This document shows positions 26,443 to 40,596 of a stretch of DNA of 50,158 nt, piece by piece (position 1 is the first letter of the stretch; each line of letters opens with the position of its first letter). Below the pieces are notes generated by a model. The model ran no database searches and was not told the DNA's origin. It was given only the letters and a program-made list of their open reading frames with translations. A program made the position numbers and the translations under genes. Source of the DNA: Batkoa obscura (taxonomy: Eukaryota). The stretch lies in assembly GCA_030770535.1 (NCBI GenBank), contig JASVEC010000112.1, positions 1 to 50,158 on the forward strand. Direction: 5' to 3'.

Positions 26443-29120
26443 TTAAAAGTTTTTAACTTCTCCTTGAAAAGTATACTGTTTTGAATTTAATTGAAAGGAT
26501 AATATATAGCGATATTTCACTTCATTTAAATTATTATTAAAATAAATTTCCACTGGTAAAGATACATGACCTATTTTAGGTAATAAATAGGTACCACTAA
26601 TTCCTGAAATAATTGTTTTTAAACCCTAAAAAAAGTATTATTAATAAAACATTTATTATTATGTTAGATATTAAATTATAAACACATTAACTTACTTTAG
26701 GTACAGCTAATTTAAAATCCAGTTGTTCCATTTTAAAATTCGATAAATTATTAAAATTAAATTGAATAAATACTATATTTTCTTGTACAAAAGAAGTAGT
26801 CATTATTCGTACAAATTCATTTTCTAATACTTTCTTTTGTTTAACTTCTCCATTACTCATTCTTTCATTACTTTCATTTCCAATTAATCCATTATCCTCT
26901 AATAAATTTGTATTAAAATTATTTAAATTGGAATTATTACTATTATTCATTGGAGATTCCTCATTATCTGATAATTTAGGAGAAGTATTATTAGATTGTA
27001 ATAAAACAGGTTGTGGTGTACTTGGTGCTGGGGTAATTGAATTGCTTGAAGCAATAGAACCAAAACTTAACCCTTCTAAACTATCCATAAAATTCAAAGT
27101 AGAAGATATTGATGTTTCTGTTTTATTAGATTGGTATTGTAAAGGGTCTAAAGTATTACTACTATTATTCATAAAATCATCTCCTAAATCAATTAGAGAT
27201 ATTTGTTGGGATTCAGCTTCTTTTTGGCTATTGCTATTATTATTATTGTTACTATTATTACTATTATCATTTGTTATTTCAGATCTTTGCATACTATTTA
27301 GTTAGTTATTTAGTTAATATACATGATATCAATATTAAGACTAATGTTAATAAATTACCTTATATGATCTTCAAAATAAATTGGATTATGATCAAATATA
27401 CCCTTTTTTGCATTTTCATATTGTTGATTTAATTCGTTTAATTTATCATTTAATTCAAATAATCGATCTTAAATAATAAATTATAAATAATTATAAATGA
27501 TTATAAATGATTTCCACAATACTTACTAGCATGTTCTCCTTCTTCTTCTTCTAATATCAATTTTTGAATCCTTACTTGTGCTGAAGAACATTCATTATAT
27601 AATTCCTGTAATTAGAGTAATCAGTATTAATTGAATAAAATAATGATAATAACAATTACTTGAATTCCACGATCAAATTCCATTCCAGGAATTAATCTTT
27701 CACTTAATGTTTCAATCGATCTTTGTACATTCAATAATTGCCTTTCAACTAAAGATTGATAGTTTGGTCGTTTTTCAATTTCCTGATTAAAGTGATTTTA
27801 AATATGTTATCATTGTCATTATTGAATTCTTACATAACCCGATAATAATTTCATTAATTCATTAGCTTTGACTAAATCGGCTGGGGTACCTCGTCGTATA
27901 TGTTCTTGTAATTTCTTTGTATTAAAAATTAACAATTAATAGCTAAAATTTATTATCATTCTGTCTTACCGCTGATAATGCTTCTTTATCCGCTTCTTCT
28001 AATTCTTCAGCAGAACAGAATGCCTATTATAAAGTTAATATCCTTTATCAATCTTAACAATTAATCTCAAAAAAAACCTTACTTGTTTTGTTACTAATGT
28101 AGATACCCGATCTTGTTTGACATTAGGAAATTTATATCCTTTATACAAAGTATTAGCATCAAATTAAAATGATAAGTATCATTTATTGTTGATTATTTAT
28201 TTATTTTAGCTTACCTTTGAATATTAAAATATTATGCAATTCTGATATTTTTCTAAAATCTTGTTTATAACGAGGTTGAGAACAAAGACCCAGCTTCCAT
28301 TCATTAATAAATTCTAATATTTTAATTTGAACCGATGTTGGGAAAGGCTAAGTTGGATTTATATGAATATAAAAAGGAAAATAAGTAAATAAATATTTCG
28401 TTGTTTCTTTATATTAATAAATTATGGTTTGACAAAAAAACAGTTAAAATTAATACTCAAAACTTACTGGTGGTACTTCTGGAAATTTCTTAACTAATTC
28501 ATTTAAAAACTCTTTTCTTGCAATCTGTAAATGAAATGCATAACCACAGTTTCTTATACAAGTATCTAATAACTAAATTAAAGATCAGTTAATATTAAAA
28601 ATAATAAAAATTAAAAGCAATTCTTGAGATTGTTTCTATGTTAATTAAGGCTAATTACTGTTTAAAGAGATTAAAACTGAACTTACAATCAAAGCCAACA
28701 TGGCCACTTTTTGATCTCTATTATTAATCAATTGAACTAAATATTCCGAGACGTCATGAGGTCTATTAATGAATTTCATTAGTAAAATTCAATAAGATTT
28801 ATACCATTTGTTTTTAATAGAAAACTATTTACATATTTTGTTTTTTTTTATTAATATATTCGGCAATATCCAAATTTAAGGCCATATCTGGTTCCATTAA
28901 TCGAATATCACATGCGCGTTCTATTTTTGAAGGAATTTAAAGATTAGTATTCGTTATAAAGACTTAAATGTTATTAGTGATAGAGAATTTAATCCTTTTT
29001 AGTTGATTTAATATATTTAGAGCAACTTGTTTACTTACCAACCATTAATGTTAATCTTTCATCATTGGGTATACCTACTGGTAAACCTAAAAATGTACCT
29101 AAGGTTTCTAATGCACTCAT
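26443..29120 (-). CDS. GGA: GGA adaptor (VHS-GAT-GAE), many exons
   Basis: ERACD...EPDMALNLDIAEYINKK; CGYAFHLQIARKEFLNELVKKFPE; AKLQEHIRRGTPADLVKANELMK; C-terminal ear FKLAVPK. Confidence 0.93.
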
Positions 29121-29434
29121 ACTTTTATTTTTGTTTTTATTTTGCTATTGTTTGTTTCCAAATTTAAAAAAAAAGTTTTATTTTTTTATCCTATTTTTGT
29201 TCTTAATTATTTTTATTACTTAATTTATAATAATTTCTTAGCCACTAATTTATTACCATTAAATGATTTATTTTTAATTTTTATTTTTATTTTCTATTTG
29301 GAATCTAAAGTAACTTTGTAATTATTTCTTATTTATTTAACTCCAATAATAAAATACAAAATAAAACGATATATAAAATAAGAAAATAATATTAATATTA
29401 ATAAATTTATTGTATTTAAAAAAATACTTAGTGT

Positions 29435-32347
29435 TCATTGTTCTGATGCTGATCTTTCAACCAAGGGTGATTTTGGCAACAATAAATTATTAGCAGATCT
29501 TGATGCGGTTTGATTATTACCTAATCCACTCATCTTAGGAGTCACATACGGCGTTGTAGTTTTCAATGAATATTCGGTTCTCGGAGAATCATTAGGCAAA
29601 TTTAATACCATAGGGGATTGAAAAGGTGGTGTATTTGTTTTTTTACTAGCAAATGTAGATGGAGAACCTTGATAATGATTGGATATACTGGGTGAATTAT
29701 TGGGCGAAGATTCATAATTACCCATTGGTCTTGGTGATAATCCTAGACTTAATCGTTTATGATTGGGTCTTAAATTAGTATTATTAAACATTGAAGTTGG
29801 TCTTGGTTGATTTGGACTTAATAAGCTACTACCATTTTCAGATAATATAGGTGAAAATTTGGTATTTAATTTAGGTAGATTAGAATCAATTGTGCTACTG
29901 GAATCTAAACTTGAAATAAAAGAAGTAGATGTTGTAGTCCCCATATCAGCTCCAGTAGACATTAATTTTGTTGCTCTTTGTACTTGTTCAATATAGGATT
30001 TAACTCGCTCTTTTTTAGTTTCTTCTTGATCAATTTGATTAATTATATTCTTTTCTATCATTGGAGTATTTGTATTCGTATTCGTATTCGTAGTAGTAGT
30101 AGTAGCTATATCTTCCCCTACTTCTTGCATATTTTCAGTATTAATTTCTTCGATCTTATTCTCAATATTATTTTGTTCCATTATTTCTTCTTCTTCTTCA
30201 TCTTGAATACCTTCTAGTTGCCCAACTCTTTTGCCTTTATCTAATGAATCTCTTATATAAAATGAAGCTTGTAACGTACTTGTAGAAGTTCCCCTTTCCA
30301 TTTCACTTAACATTTGGTTAATTTCCTGTAAAGATTCTTGTTCAGATATTACATTAATACTAGGTGGCGTTTGATTTAGTTCTTTATTACTAATTGGTAA
30401 TAACCCAGTACTTTTATTTAAAAAGGAACGTTCACTTTCACTTGTATAATCAGAATTAGCAATCAATTCTTGTGATAAATGATAAATTGGTATATTGGCT
30501 TCTCCTTGTATTTCGTTTTCATTATAGCCTGAATCTTTACTTTGTTTATATTGTATAGTATCCCCATCATTATCTTTAGATATCTCTGATACTGAAGTTT
30601 CTTGATAATCTGCTAAATAATAATCCGATTCAGCTAATATTTTTTGACCATTAATATTAGTGGTATCTGTTGATGTATCTGTTTGTTCATGGTCAAGTTG
30701 TCTTTTGTTATTCAATATGGGATTAAGTTGAGGAGTAGAATCTTCTGCTTCTTTTAATGGAACTACAGCTGATATATCTGATTTTTGGTGATCCATTTTT
30801 ACAGGTATTTTACCAAGGTTATTATTGTTATAATTATAATTATTATTATTATTATTATTATTAATAGATTGTAAACTACTCTTTTCTGAAATAGGATCTT
30901 GATGTTGTTGCAATAATAGATTATTAGGCGGAGGTATATAAGTTACTGTTTCTGATACTAATTGATTTTGATTTGAATTAGATCTTAAATTACTATCTAA
31001 TATTGGTTTCATACTTTCCATATATAATTGACTTTTTAAATGTAAATCCTCTCTTGGATAAATTGATAATATAATTAATATATTAATCCAAGGTAATGAA
31101 AAATATTGAAACCAATTTAATAAACTTAATATCCATGGAGAATAAATGTTATTATTATTTAATTGGGATAAATTATAATAAAATAATACATTAGAAATAG
31201 AATGTAATAAACAAAATATAATTAATACAATCAATGTTTCTAATATATAGTTAATGATATTTTCTTTAGATATCAAAGGTTGCATCAATGAATTATAATA
31301 AATTGTAGAATTAGAATTAGAATACTGTCGAACAGTTATTGGTAAATTGGCATTTTCTTTCCTAAATTTACGTTTTAAAAAATAAAAGCAACAAAATAAC
31401 ATGATCAAACAAATTGACATAAATTCCGCATCTAAAAAATATTGAGATATTAATACAGAATATAAACTGTGACTATTGTAAGCTAAGATACGTATTAATA
31501 TCATAGCTAATATTGATAAAGGGGCATAAATATAACCTAATTTTGATAACCAAGTACTCCAAGATAACAAAAATGTTTTAAATAAATTAGCTGGTAATCT
31601 ACGATAAATTGAAGCTGGGAAATCAAAGATAAATAAAATCAAAGCAGTAATTAAAAAAGCTCTAGAAAAATCAAACAACATAGAAGAAGCATATAAAATA
31701 TTTTGCATCATAACATCCTTTGAATAAATTAACAACAAACTATCAATATGATTATTACGATTAATAGACGGATGGGGATTAAAAGAATCTTCTAAATAAG
31801 GAAATATCCATGAATACCTTAATTTACATTTTAAATAACTTTGATGAAATGAAGATAATAAATGTAATATTAGTAATATTAAAGACAAATTACAACATAA
31901 TAATATAAACAATCTTAATAAGGGTTTGATATTAATTTCTTTTTTTCGAATTGGAAACTCTTCACTTGAATTATTATACTGTATTTGTTCATCTATTGTT
32001 TCATTACTATTTTGTCTACTTATATTTCGTACTACTCCTACTCCAATTGATTTTATATCATCAATACCATAAGTTGTTAAAAATCTATAATTAATCCATA
32101 TAAATGATAATATACATAATATCATTATATACAATGCCATTGATGTATTAACTATTTAATTATCAGTATAGATATCAATTATTATTATAATATTAAGTTA
32201 CCTGGACAAGGTATCATTTGATCCTTTATAACTGTACTACTTAATATAATACCATCATCACTAACAAGTTGACCATCAGGTTGATCTAATAGAATTATTT
32301 AGATGTAACTAAACCAATTATATACAATAAATACCTATTAAACTCAT
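29435..32347 (-). CDS. Orphan 7-transmembrane protein with ~540-aa disordered C-terminal tail
   Basis: 901-aa ORF extended by two small 5' exons (ATG at 32347; introns ~32286-32334 and ~32153-32201). Seven hydrophobic segments in the first ~360 aa of the ORF, then an N/S/E/P-rich tail. Confidence 0.75.
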
Positions 32348-34097
32348 TCAAATAAATATTGAAAATAAAATGGAAAATAAACAATTAAAAAAATAAAGAA
32401 AGAAATTGATAACTAATTGATCATATAGTAATATTTCGAAAACGACTCATTCAGTGCCATAGTTAATTTCTTAAACTTACTCAATTTCTATTTATTTAAA
32501 ACTATTTAAAAAGTTTGATCTTTTTATTTTTTTATCCTTGTTTGTTTCACTTGAGTGAAATTAGTAAAGTAGCCAATCAATTTTAACTATTTGAAGTTTT
32601 ATTTTTTTTTGACTAAACTAAACTGGTTAACGGGTAATTTTTTTAGTTTTAGTTCAAACTTTAAAAAAAAGTTTGTATGCTTTTTTAAATAACCCAGTTT
32701 TTTGATATCAATTGTATTTTTATCTTATTTATTTATAGGGATAATGAAAATAAATTGAGTTAAATTATAAAAAATAGTTGTTGTAAACACCACTATAATT
32801 TAATGAGTTTAACTATACCTATATTGATATTGATCTAATTGTACAATAAGTTAATGTAAATAAGGACTAACCAAATTGTCATTAAAATAAATTTGTTCCA
32901 AATGTTATTGGAATAGTCATCAATAAAACACTGAAACATTTTAATAATAATTAAATTGTAAAAAACTTTGGAAATTACGTAGGGTGACTTACTTTTCTTA
33001 TTAACTCAACAGTATAATTAATTAAATTTTTCATTAAATATCCTATTTATACCCTTTTCAATATAGTCTCGTTGATTATCGGAATATTGGATCACAAAAT
33101 TGGATGATAATCCCATATATATCTCAAGGGCTTCGAAGCTCCTAATTCCATTGCCATGCAACTTTTCAGTTGTTAAAGTAGCGCAAGATAAATTCAATGC
33201 TTAACCAATAAAAGGGGGAAGTTTTAAAGCCTTCCCAAACAAAAATAAGATAAAAGTATGTTGAACTAGATTGATTAGGCCAACTTGATAAGTTTAAAAG
33301 CGTAGTCTGTTTATGAATATAAATAAAAAATTATTAATGAAAAGAAATTCCAGAGGGAAAAATCCAATCGTTTATATACCTTCTACGAATATTAAATTTA
33401 TTATCAACTTTCTTATTGACCTTCTTTACATCATTTTCCGAAATGCATTGAACTTCTGTTGAATCTTGTTTAATTATAGCATCAGATTCCAAAGACTAAA
33501 AGATTTAATTAGTGACGCTGACACTGAGTGAGAAATAGTCATAATAATTGTAAAGTAGCTTAGAAAAATACTTATTAATATCAACAAAAATAATAAATGC
33601 TATAACATAAGGTTATTATGTTAAATGCTTAATTGCTTCCACTTGAATTACAAAAAAATACTTTTTTATTAACTTATTTTTAAACTTCTAGTTTTAAAAT
33701 ATTATTTTTTTATCTGTCAACTTTTTTGATTCAAACATAGTTGGCATTCATTTAGCGATATTGTGTTTTATTTTTGTTACCTTAAAGATGCTATTTTTAG
33801 CTACTAGTTTGAAGAAAATATAACAATTCATGACTATTAGTTTAATTCTACTGTTTTAAACTTTATTTTTTTATTTCTATAATCCATTAAGTTCCCATGA
33901 TTATCAAGTATATTAGCTTAATAACTTTCTTTTAGTTTGCTATTCCTCTAATTTTTCGTATAAAGTAAAAATAACGTAGACATCCCTTTATGATCAAAAA
34001 TATAATCAAACTAATAAACTCAATAAATTCGACCTGCCTTTATATATAATAAATAACTACTTTAAGTCACATTCTCATATTATTTTATCCATTGTAT

Positions 34098-34188
34098 GGG
34101 GACCTACTTTAAGAATTTTACTAACAATCTTTCCACTCAAATAGTTCTTTAAAAAATGAAAAAAGTGGTGAGCAAAAAAACATCCCCC
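34098..34188 (-). mobile_element. MITE copy (reverse)
   Basis: ggggacc...aagaattttactaacaatctttccactcaaatag...aaaaaaacatccccc|ATAT. Confidence 0.85.
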
Positions 34189-34800
34189 ATATCGTACCTG
34201 TCAATGCTAAACTCCTTGGTTTATATATTTTTAAATTTAATATCTTCGAAATTGTTCTTTTATTAAAAAACAAAAAAAGAAGTGCTAAATTTAGCCTGAA
34301 AAGTCGAACGTAGATAGATTTTTCAACTTGTTAATAGAGGAGGTGATGAAGGCAAGAGAAAAGCAATTGAAGAACCTTTAGAAAACCATGTTGTTGTGAT
34401 TTAAATAAGGAAAGCAATTTCTTTTTTGAAGGATTCAAAACAAGAGAAAGAGGGCGAAGAAGGAGTGGCTTCTTAATTCATTTTTATTTTTATTTAAATT
34501 CGCTACTGATTTTTATAAAACAAAAAGGATAAAACAACCTTTTAGAGACTTATCTGGTTTATAGCGAATAAGCTCACTTCTTCTTATAAACAACAACCGT
34601 CCTTCAATTACATTTCTATTTATAATTCGCCTCTTCAGTATTTTCTTTAGTATATAGATAGAAACACAAAGACGCTCCATCTTCGAATTTGAAAAGCCTA
34701 AGATTGATTCCTTTATTATTTCTACAGCTTTTGGTTTCATTACAAGAAAAAAAATGAAAAGTAAAAAACACAAGTTGGATCGAAACATTTACCGATGCTG

Positions 34801-35922
34801 TTACATTTGTTTCATTCTAATAGCAGTATTTTGATCATCCTCTGATAAATTTAAATAAATGTTATCATTATCACCAATAGTAGCAGCGGTGGTGATAATA
34901 GACGTTAAAGGAACTACAGTAGAGTGCTTAGTTCGAGAACCTGGTTTTAAAGTAGCAAGCCAATGGCCTCCACTTAAAGCTGCCTTATTGTCACTATTAT
35001 TACCAATAGGTTGAAATATGTTACCGTTCAACTTTCTTAAGTTATATTCATACAAAATTTGTGGAATAGCAGGATCAAACATAAAACAAATAAAGTTTAA
35101 CCAGCCAGCCGAAGTACTTAGTACATCACTAGAAAACACTGCAGCTACTGTTTCTGGAATTTCAGGATCAGTATATATTTCAGTAATAATAAAAAACGGA
35201 AATTGAGTTATTAACGGGATGATAGCATAGCTCATTAATCTTTTGGCTAATAAATCCATATGTTTATTTAAGTTGATGCTATTGCTTTGCGCATTACTAT
35301 TATTGTAAACTGCTTTTTTGGCTCTTAGAGCTAAATATGTTTTTACAAACACATAAGTACAATAGCTACAACAAACAATGATTGGGATAAGTAATACGGC
35401 GTGCATGTAAATAATGCTCCATGGTCTTAGATGGTAATTTTTTAAGCCGTAGCAGTCATTTACTATATATCCATAGATAATCGAAGGCATATAGCATATA
35501 ATGCAAATACCAAGTGTACTAAAAGCGTAAATCCAGTGATTCTGAATCCTTAACAATTTCTTTCTCAAAAACACGGTTTGTAAGTTATAAGCCAAGCATG
35601 TAGTCAAGAAGATAAACCATAAATTAGTAAGTTGCTCAATATGAGGCACAAGAATACAGAAGTTTATATCATGTGCAAGCACTTTTGCTTCATTATTTCC
35701 GGCTTTTCCATTAATCAAAACTTGCATGTGAAGTAAAGCTAAGAAACTATATAGGATGTCTGAAATAGATATCCAAAGATACAACTTGTAACTTAATCTC
35801 TCTGCCGCTTTGAATTTTAGTAAGCTCGTTAGTAATATGAAAAGAAGTAAAATAGCTGCTGAAATAATTGAAACAATCGTGTTGTAATATGTTATTGTTC
35901 TTACAATTTCAAATTCATCCAT
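34801..35922 (-). CDS. GPCR-like 7TM protein (Git3/cAMP-receptor-like), intronless, paralogue 1
   Basis: First ATG at 35922 (the ORF track starts at an upstream TTG). Seven TM segments; RLSYKLYLWISISD, FC, FLTTCLAYNLQTVF, KRLMSYAIIPLITQ, GWLNFICFMFDPA. Confidence 0.85.
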   Translation of the reverse strand: MDEFEIVRTITYYNTIVSIISAAILLLFILLTSLLKFKAAERLSYKLYLWISISDILYSFLALLHMQVLINGKAGNNEAKVLAHDINFCILVPHIEQLTNLWFIFLTTCLAYNLQTVFLRKKLLRIQNHWIYAFSTLGICIICYMPSIIYGYIVNDCYGLKNYHLRPWSIIYMHAVLLIPIIVCCSYCTYVFVKTYLALRAKKAVYNNSNAQSNSINLNKHMDLLAKRLMSYAIIPLITQFPFFIITEIYTDPEIPETVAAVFSSDVLSTSAGWLNFICFMFDPAIPQILYEYNLRKLNGNIFQPIGNNSDNKAALSGGHWLATLKPGSRTKHSTVVPLTSIITTAATIGDNDNIYLNLSEDDQNTAIRMKQM

Positions 35923-37398
35923 TATCGTATTTTTTTTACTTTCCTCAGTCAAATTACTTTTTACTTATATACTTTTTTATTGATAATCAATGTATCTTGT
36001 AATTCTATTTTTTTTTGAAGGGATGGATAGATAATTTAGAAGTACCAAGGCGTGATACTTGTAGGTTTGATCTTAAAATAACTAAATAAAACTTATTGCT
36101 TTTATGTAGAAATATTAATATAATTTTATACATTTGTTATCCTTTAACATTTAGTATCACATTACACCAATATAATAATTTTGGTAGAGCTATAGTGCAT
36201 CTTTAAAACGATCCTAATACATGAACTATTTCACTACATTTATTTTCATGTTCTAGAGACAAATTTGACTATAACTTACTATATCAAGTTTACTATTGTT
36301 TCCTTTTTATATCAAAATGTGTATATAACTATTTTTCATCTCACTCCAGTGTAGTTGAATTGATGTTTGAAACCTACTACTTTCTTCTAAGTGATATAGA
36401 TATTTCTTATCTACATATTTTAAAAATACATTTTACGTCCATATGTTTCTTATTACATATAATAGTCAATATAAAACAAAAAAGAATGAAACTTTTTACT
36501 CAAAGCTCATTAACATTATTGCCAAATTAATCTTTTTCAAAAAAAGGGATCTAACAAAATTGATGTACAATTAGAAACAAGGATCTTAAGGATGTTAGGG
36601 TTCAAACTCAGGGCAAGATTATTTTTTGTACTGATTTTTCTGATTAATGGGAATAGTTTCTAACTAAAAAGAGCACTAGTCAAATTAAAAAATAATTATA
36701 GTTTTAAGCTAATTTTTAAATAAAATATACATTATGTATTATATATAAAAAAATTTTACTGGCGGGTTATATTTTTTATACTTTAAAATAATTTTGCTTT
36801 TTTTTTAAACTAAATCTAATTTTCTATCAAAATCAGTATAGAAAAAGAAGGCACTAGCCTTTTTTAGATAGCTACTCTTACCATATGACTTTTGACCCCT
36901 TCCATAATTGTTTCAATGCCCTTGTATATTATAAAACTACTGTATGCATTTATGTCTCTCAATGACAAAAAGATATACATGTCCCTATTATTAAACTTAC
37001 CCAACTTATTATCTTAACTTATTTTTTAGCATTGGTTATTTAATCTTTTACATAATTTACAATCATTATAACAAAAATCTTCAGTATGTATATTGTAGCT
37101 TGGTAAATTATATAAACTAATTAATATAGTTTTTGAAAACTTATATAAAGTTAAACTGCTTTTTTATTTATCTCCTTTTATGTATTTTATTATAGATAAT
37201 ACTTAGCTTTATTTTTACGAAATTAAATTTGAAAAGATTTTTATAGACGTCACAAAATTTCAATTTTGTGTGGCTATTAGCCACCCAATTAGAAGTCATT
37301 TCGAAATATATCAAAATAATTTTTAACTTTCTTTTCAACCTTAAAAGTTAATAATCCAAGTGTAAATTGCTTTTTCTATAATATTGTATACCTTAACA

Positions 37399-38906
37399 AT
37401 GCCTCTGAAATTTCAGTATCTTTCTGAAACTCCACTCGGGTATATCCTTGAATTGATAGACCTCATGTAGTTACTAGAGCTTTGTTTTTTAAATAAACAT
37501 ATCTTTAAGATTACGAATAATGTTATCAAGCACAATTTGGCTTTTTATGAATATATACCATGTGAGTTTGATGGATTTAATCACAAATATGAAATCGTAG
37601 ATGTAGCTTAAGGACAATCCGATTATCAAAAAAAGTCTATTAAAGAGAGTGGATTGTTGATGAACCATTTAAATGTGATGAAAAAAAGGTAAAATATATA
37701 TAATATTCCCCAAACGTGATATCTATAAATTAAGTACAAGGGCCTGGGTTTTCAGCTTTCATCAACAATGAGAATAATAAAGACGATGATATTAACGGCA
37801 GTCATAGCTAAACTAGTGATCCTTTGAGTATTGGTAATAGTAATTCTGGGAGTTCAACATTTCTTCTGCTATTTCTCTTTTTATTGCTGAGATTATCCCA
37901 AACATCTTTCCAGCTATCTGAATAGTCAATATATTCTCGTTCATAATCCCAATGCTCAAGGAAAATAGTTATAAAAATAGTTTATTATGGCACCCCGTTT
38001 ATAATCTTTGCTAAATATTTAAAGCAAGTTGAATCATTTGAACTTATTGATGATCAAAATTAATATATTGGACATGCTATGGAATTTTTGAATCCAAGCA
38101 AACTGGAATGCCTGAAATTTTATACCGGAAGATCTTTGTATGTTTATGGGTTATATACTCTCAAATCAAATTTTTATAAATCGCGAATTTTAAATTTAGA
38201 AGCATGGAAGTGTATTTCATATTAGAGCTATAATGATCCTATAAACCCTCCCACCATAAATTGTCCGCCCAATTTAGAGTTTAAAATCAAAGGTCGTCAT
38301 GATGGCTTTAATTTTCATTGCCTTAGAGATATAAGACAATTAAATAGCTTAAAACTAATAAATAATAATACTCATTTATTAAAAATTTGCGGAAAATACA
38401 ATATCAAAGTATTTGAGAATAGTAATATAGCTATATTTGGGTATTTTAACTCAGATATATTAGTCAGCAATGAACTGTTAAATTTAACAACATTAAAAGA
38501 AGCGCATTTTTATTGCTTGTCATTTGATTCATTATAGTTAATTTCTGTATTATCAACCATTTAAGTTTATGTTAGAATTATTAATTTTAACTTTTGAAAT
38601 TTGGAATTTCTTACTTTATAAACACAGTTTATATAAAGCCAATTTGTACGACGAAAAACATCGCTGGATAAAGTGTAAATTTATTAGACAGCTTGAAATC
38701 AGAAGTCTCGGTATTACACTTATAGATTCTTTTGTTTTTTATTCTTTTCTCATAATCTCCAATTATTAAAGGCTAAGTATTTTAAGTTAACAACCATTGA
38801 AGAAATAGTTGACTACAGACTTACTACATCTCTATTGTTTATTGCTACTTATACTGAGGCGAATGATGCTCGTGATGAAATTGAGAATATCCCTATGCTA
38901 GGTTGA
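37399..38906 (+). pseudogene. Intronless F-box-like / leucine-rich lineage-specific gene, pseudogene
   Basis: MPLKFQYLSETPLGYILELIDLM*LLELCFLNKHIFK (F-box-like); leucine-rich body (FLNPSKLECLKF, IRQLNSLKL, LLNLTTLKE); ends IENIPMLG*. Multiple stops and frameshifts. Confidence 0.65.
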
Positions 38907-39847
38907 TGAAGTTGAAGTAAGTTGTGTTTTGGTATTTTTCTAAGCCTGAAATTCAATTAAAAATATTGCTATGCCAATTTGTTTTACTTATAATGAATAT
39001 ATATGTTCTATTTAAACTTTGCTTATGTTTTAGCTTTAACTTTATAACTATAAAGAATAATTGATAAACTGTGTTATATTAGTTGATCACTTCTGCTTTA
39101 AAATGTATACTTGATTTTGAAAAATGTAAAGAACTGTTTGAGTTGTAAGTAAAGAAGTTTCATCAGGTAGGTGTGTATTTAAAATGAACATCCAACATTA
39201 TAGTAAATTATTGTTTTTATGTACCTTGAGAGTCCGAAGCACCAACTGGTTTATTCCTCAAGATAAAAGGAAGTGTGTAAAATAAAGATACCAGTTAAAG
39301 AAAAAATTTAAACTCAGACTCAAACTGAGTGTTTATGTTTGGCTTCAGCATGCTTTGGTCTTAGAAGCTTTTACTTGATAACCTTTACTTCTGTCATATT
39401 TTATAAGCTAGTTGTAATAAAGGAAATTGATGGGAAAGCAAAGATGAGATTAATTTTGCTATTAATTAAAAGTTTAATATAGTAAAAGTACATTGTTCAT
39501 ATGCTAGCTTTTATATCAAATGTTAAAAAAGGCAGGAAGAAAGTATCGGAAGCATCGGCTAATTGTTTATATAAAGATTAAATGTGTGAAAATATAACTT
39601 TTAAATCTTTAAATTTAACTTGTAGTCATTACAATGCTATGCTATAATGTTTATATATATTGATAAATTACCCAATGCTGACAACTTCGTTTTTTATAAA
39701 ATAACCAAATTTAAATTTTCAAGCTACTTAAAAAGCGGAATACACAATAAAATATAAAACGTAAAACAAAGTAGCTAAAATTATTTATGTCATTTTTTAT
39801 TTTTTTATAATAGTAGTTTATTATTATGCTTAATAAAATATAAATAA

Positions 39848-40445
39848 GGGGGTATCTAAATTGGGTTCCATTTTTTTATCCATTTTTTGAAATTTTATGC
39901 TTCAAAAACTGCTTAAAATTTTGCAAAAACAAGCTCTTTAAAAACCAAAGGTACTCCTCAACACAGTTTTAAATTATTTTATTATAATTTGTATTGTAAG
40001 TTAGTAGAATTTTTATTAAATTTAGTAGAAATTCCCAGATTAGTAAGGCTTTTACTAATATAACCTACATATTGATATTAATTAAAATTGTACCATGTAA
40101 ATAAATATACATTTCTATAAAAACTTCATTGATAAATATTTATTATTGACTGCTTTATAGCCAACATTGTAGATTTCCTACTATATAAACAAATTATTTT
40201 AATATTAGAATTATATTATTGATATATTACTAAGTTAATAAATAGCTCAATATGAGAGAATGGTTGGTCTTGAAGCTATAATTAACTATCTTTATGTAAT
40301 ACAAGGGATATAGTAATAACTTTTACTTATTGTTATAACTATTTGCTCTTTAACAATTTGTTAAATTAGCTGATAATAACTTAAGCAATATTAATATTCA
40401 ATAATTTATTTTGATCATTTAATAAATTATTTGCTTATTAAATAT
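39848..40445. mobile_element. Large TIR element, copy C (more diverged)
   Basis: ATAA|GGGGGTATCTAAATT start; collinear similarity to 16282-16830 and 4076-4490. Confidence 0.7.
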
Positions 40446-40596
40446 TGGAACTTTTAAATTTCCTATTATTTTTATGATAAGCTGGGACTAATCTTTCGAT
40501 TTTTCTATTTTCTATAGACTCTATAACTTTAATTAGAATCATACCACTTTTCTTTGATCTATCAGATACTGGATAATAATATAGCTTACTACTGTT

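Noticed and set aside
33050..33620. Coding-like fragments on the minus strand (also 5500-6210, 18280-18660, 39150-39570)
   Set aside because: Too decayed to assign; no recognisable motif.
36575..36630. tRNA-like fragment (ggttcaaactc followed by a T-run)
   Set aside because: No acceptor stem, D arm or cloverleaf can be built.
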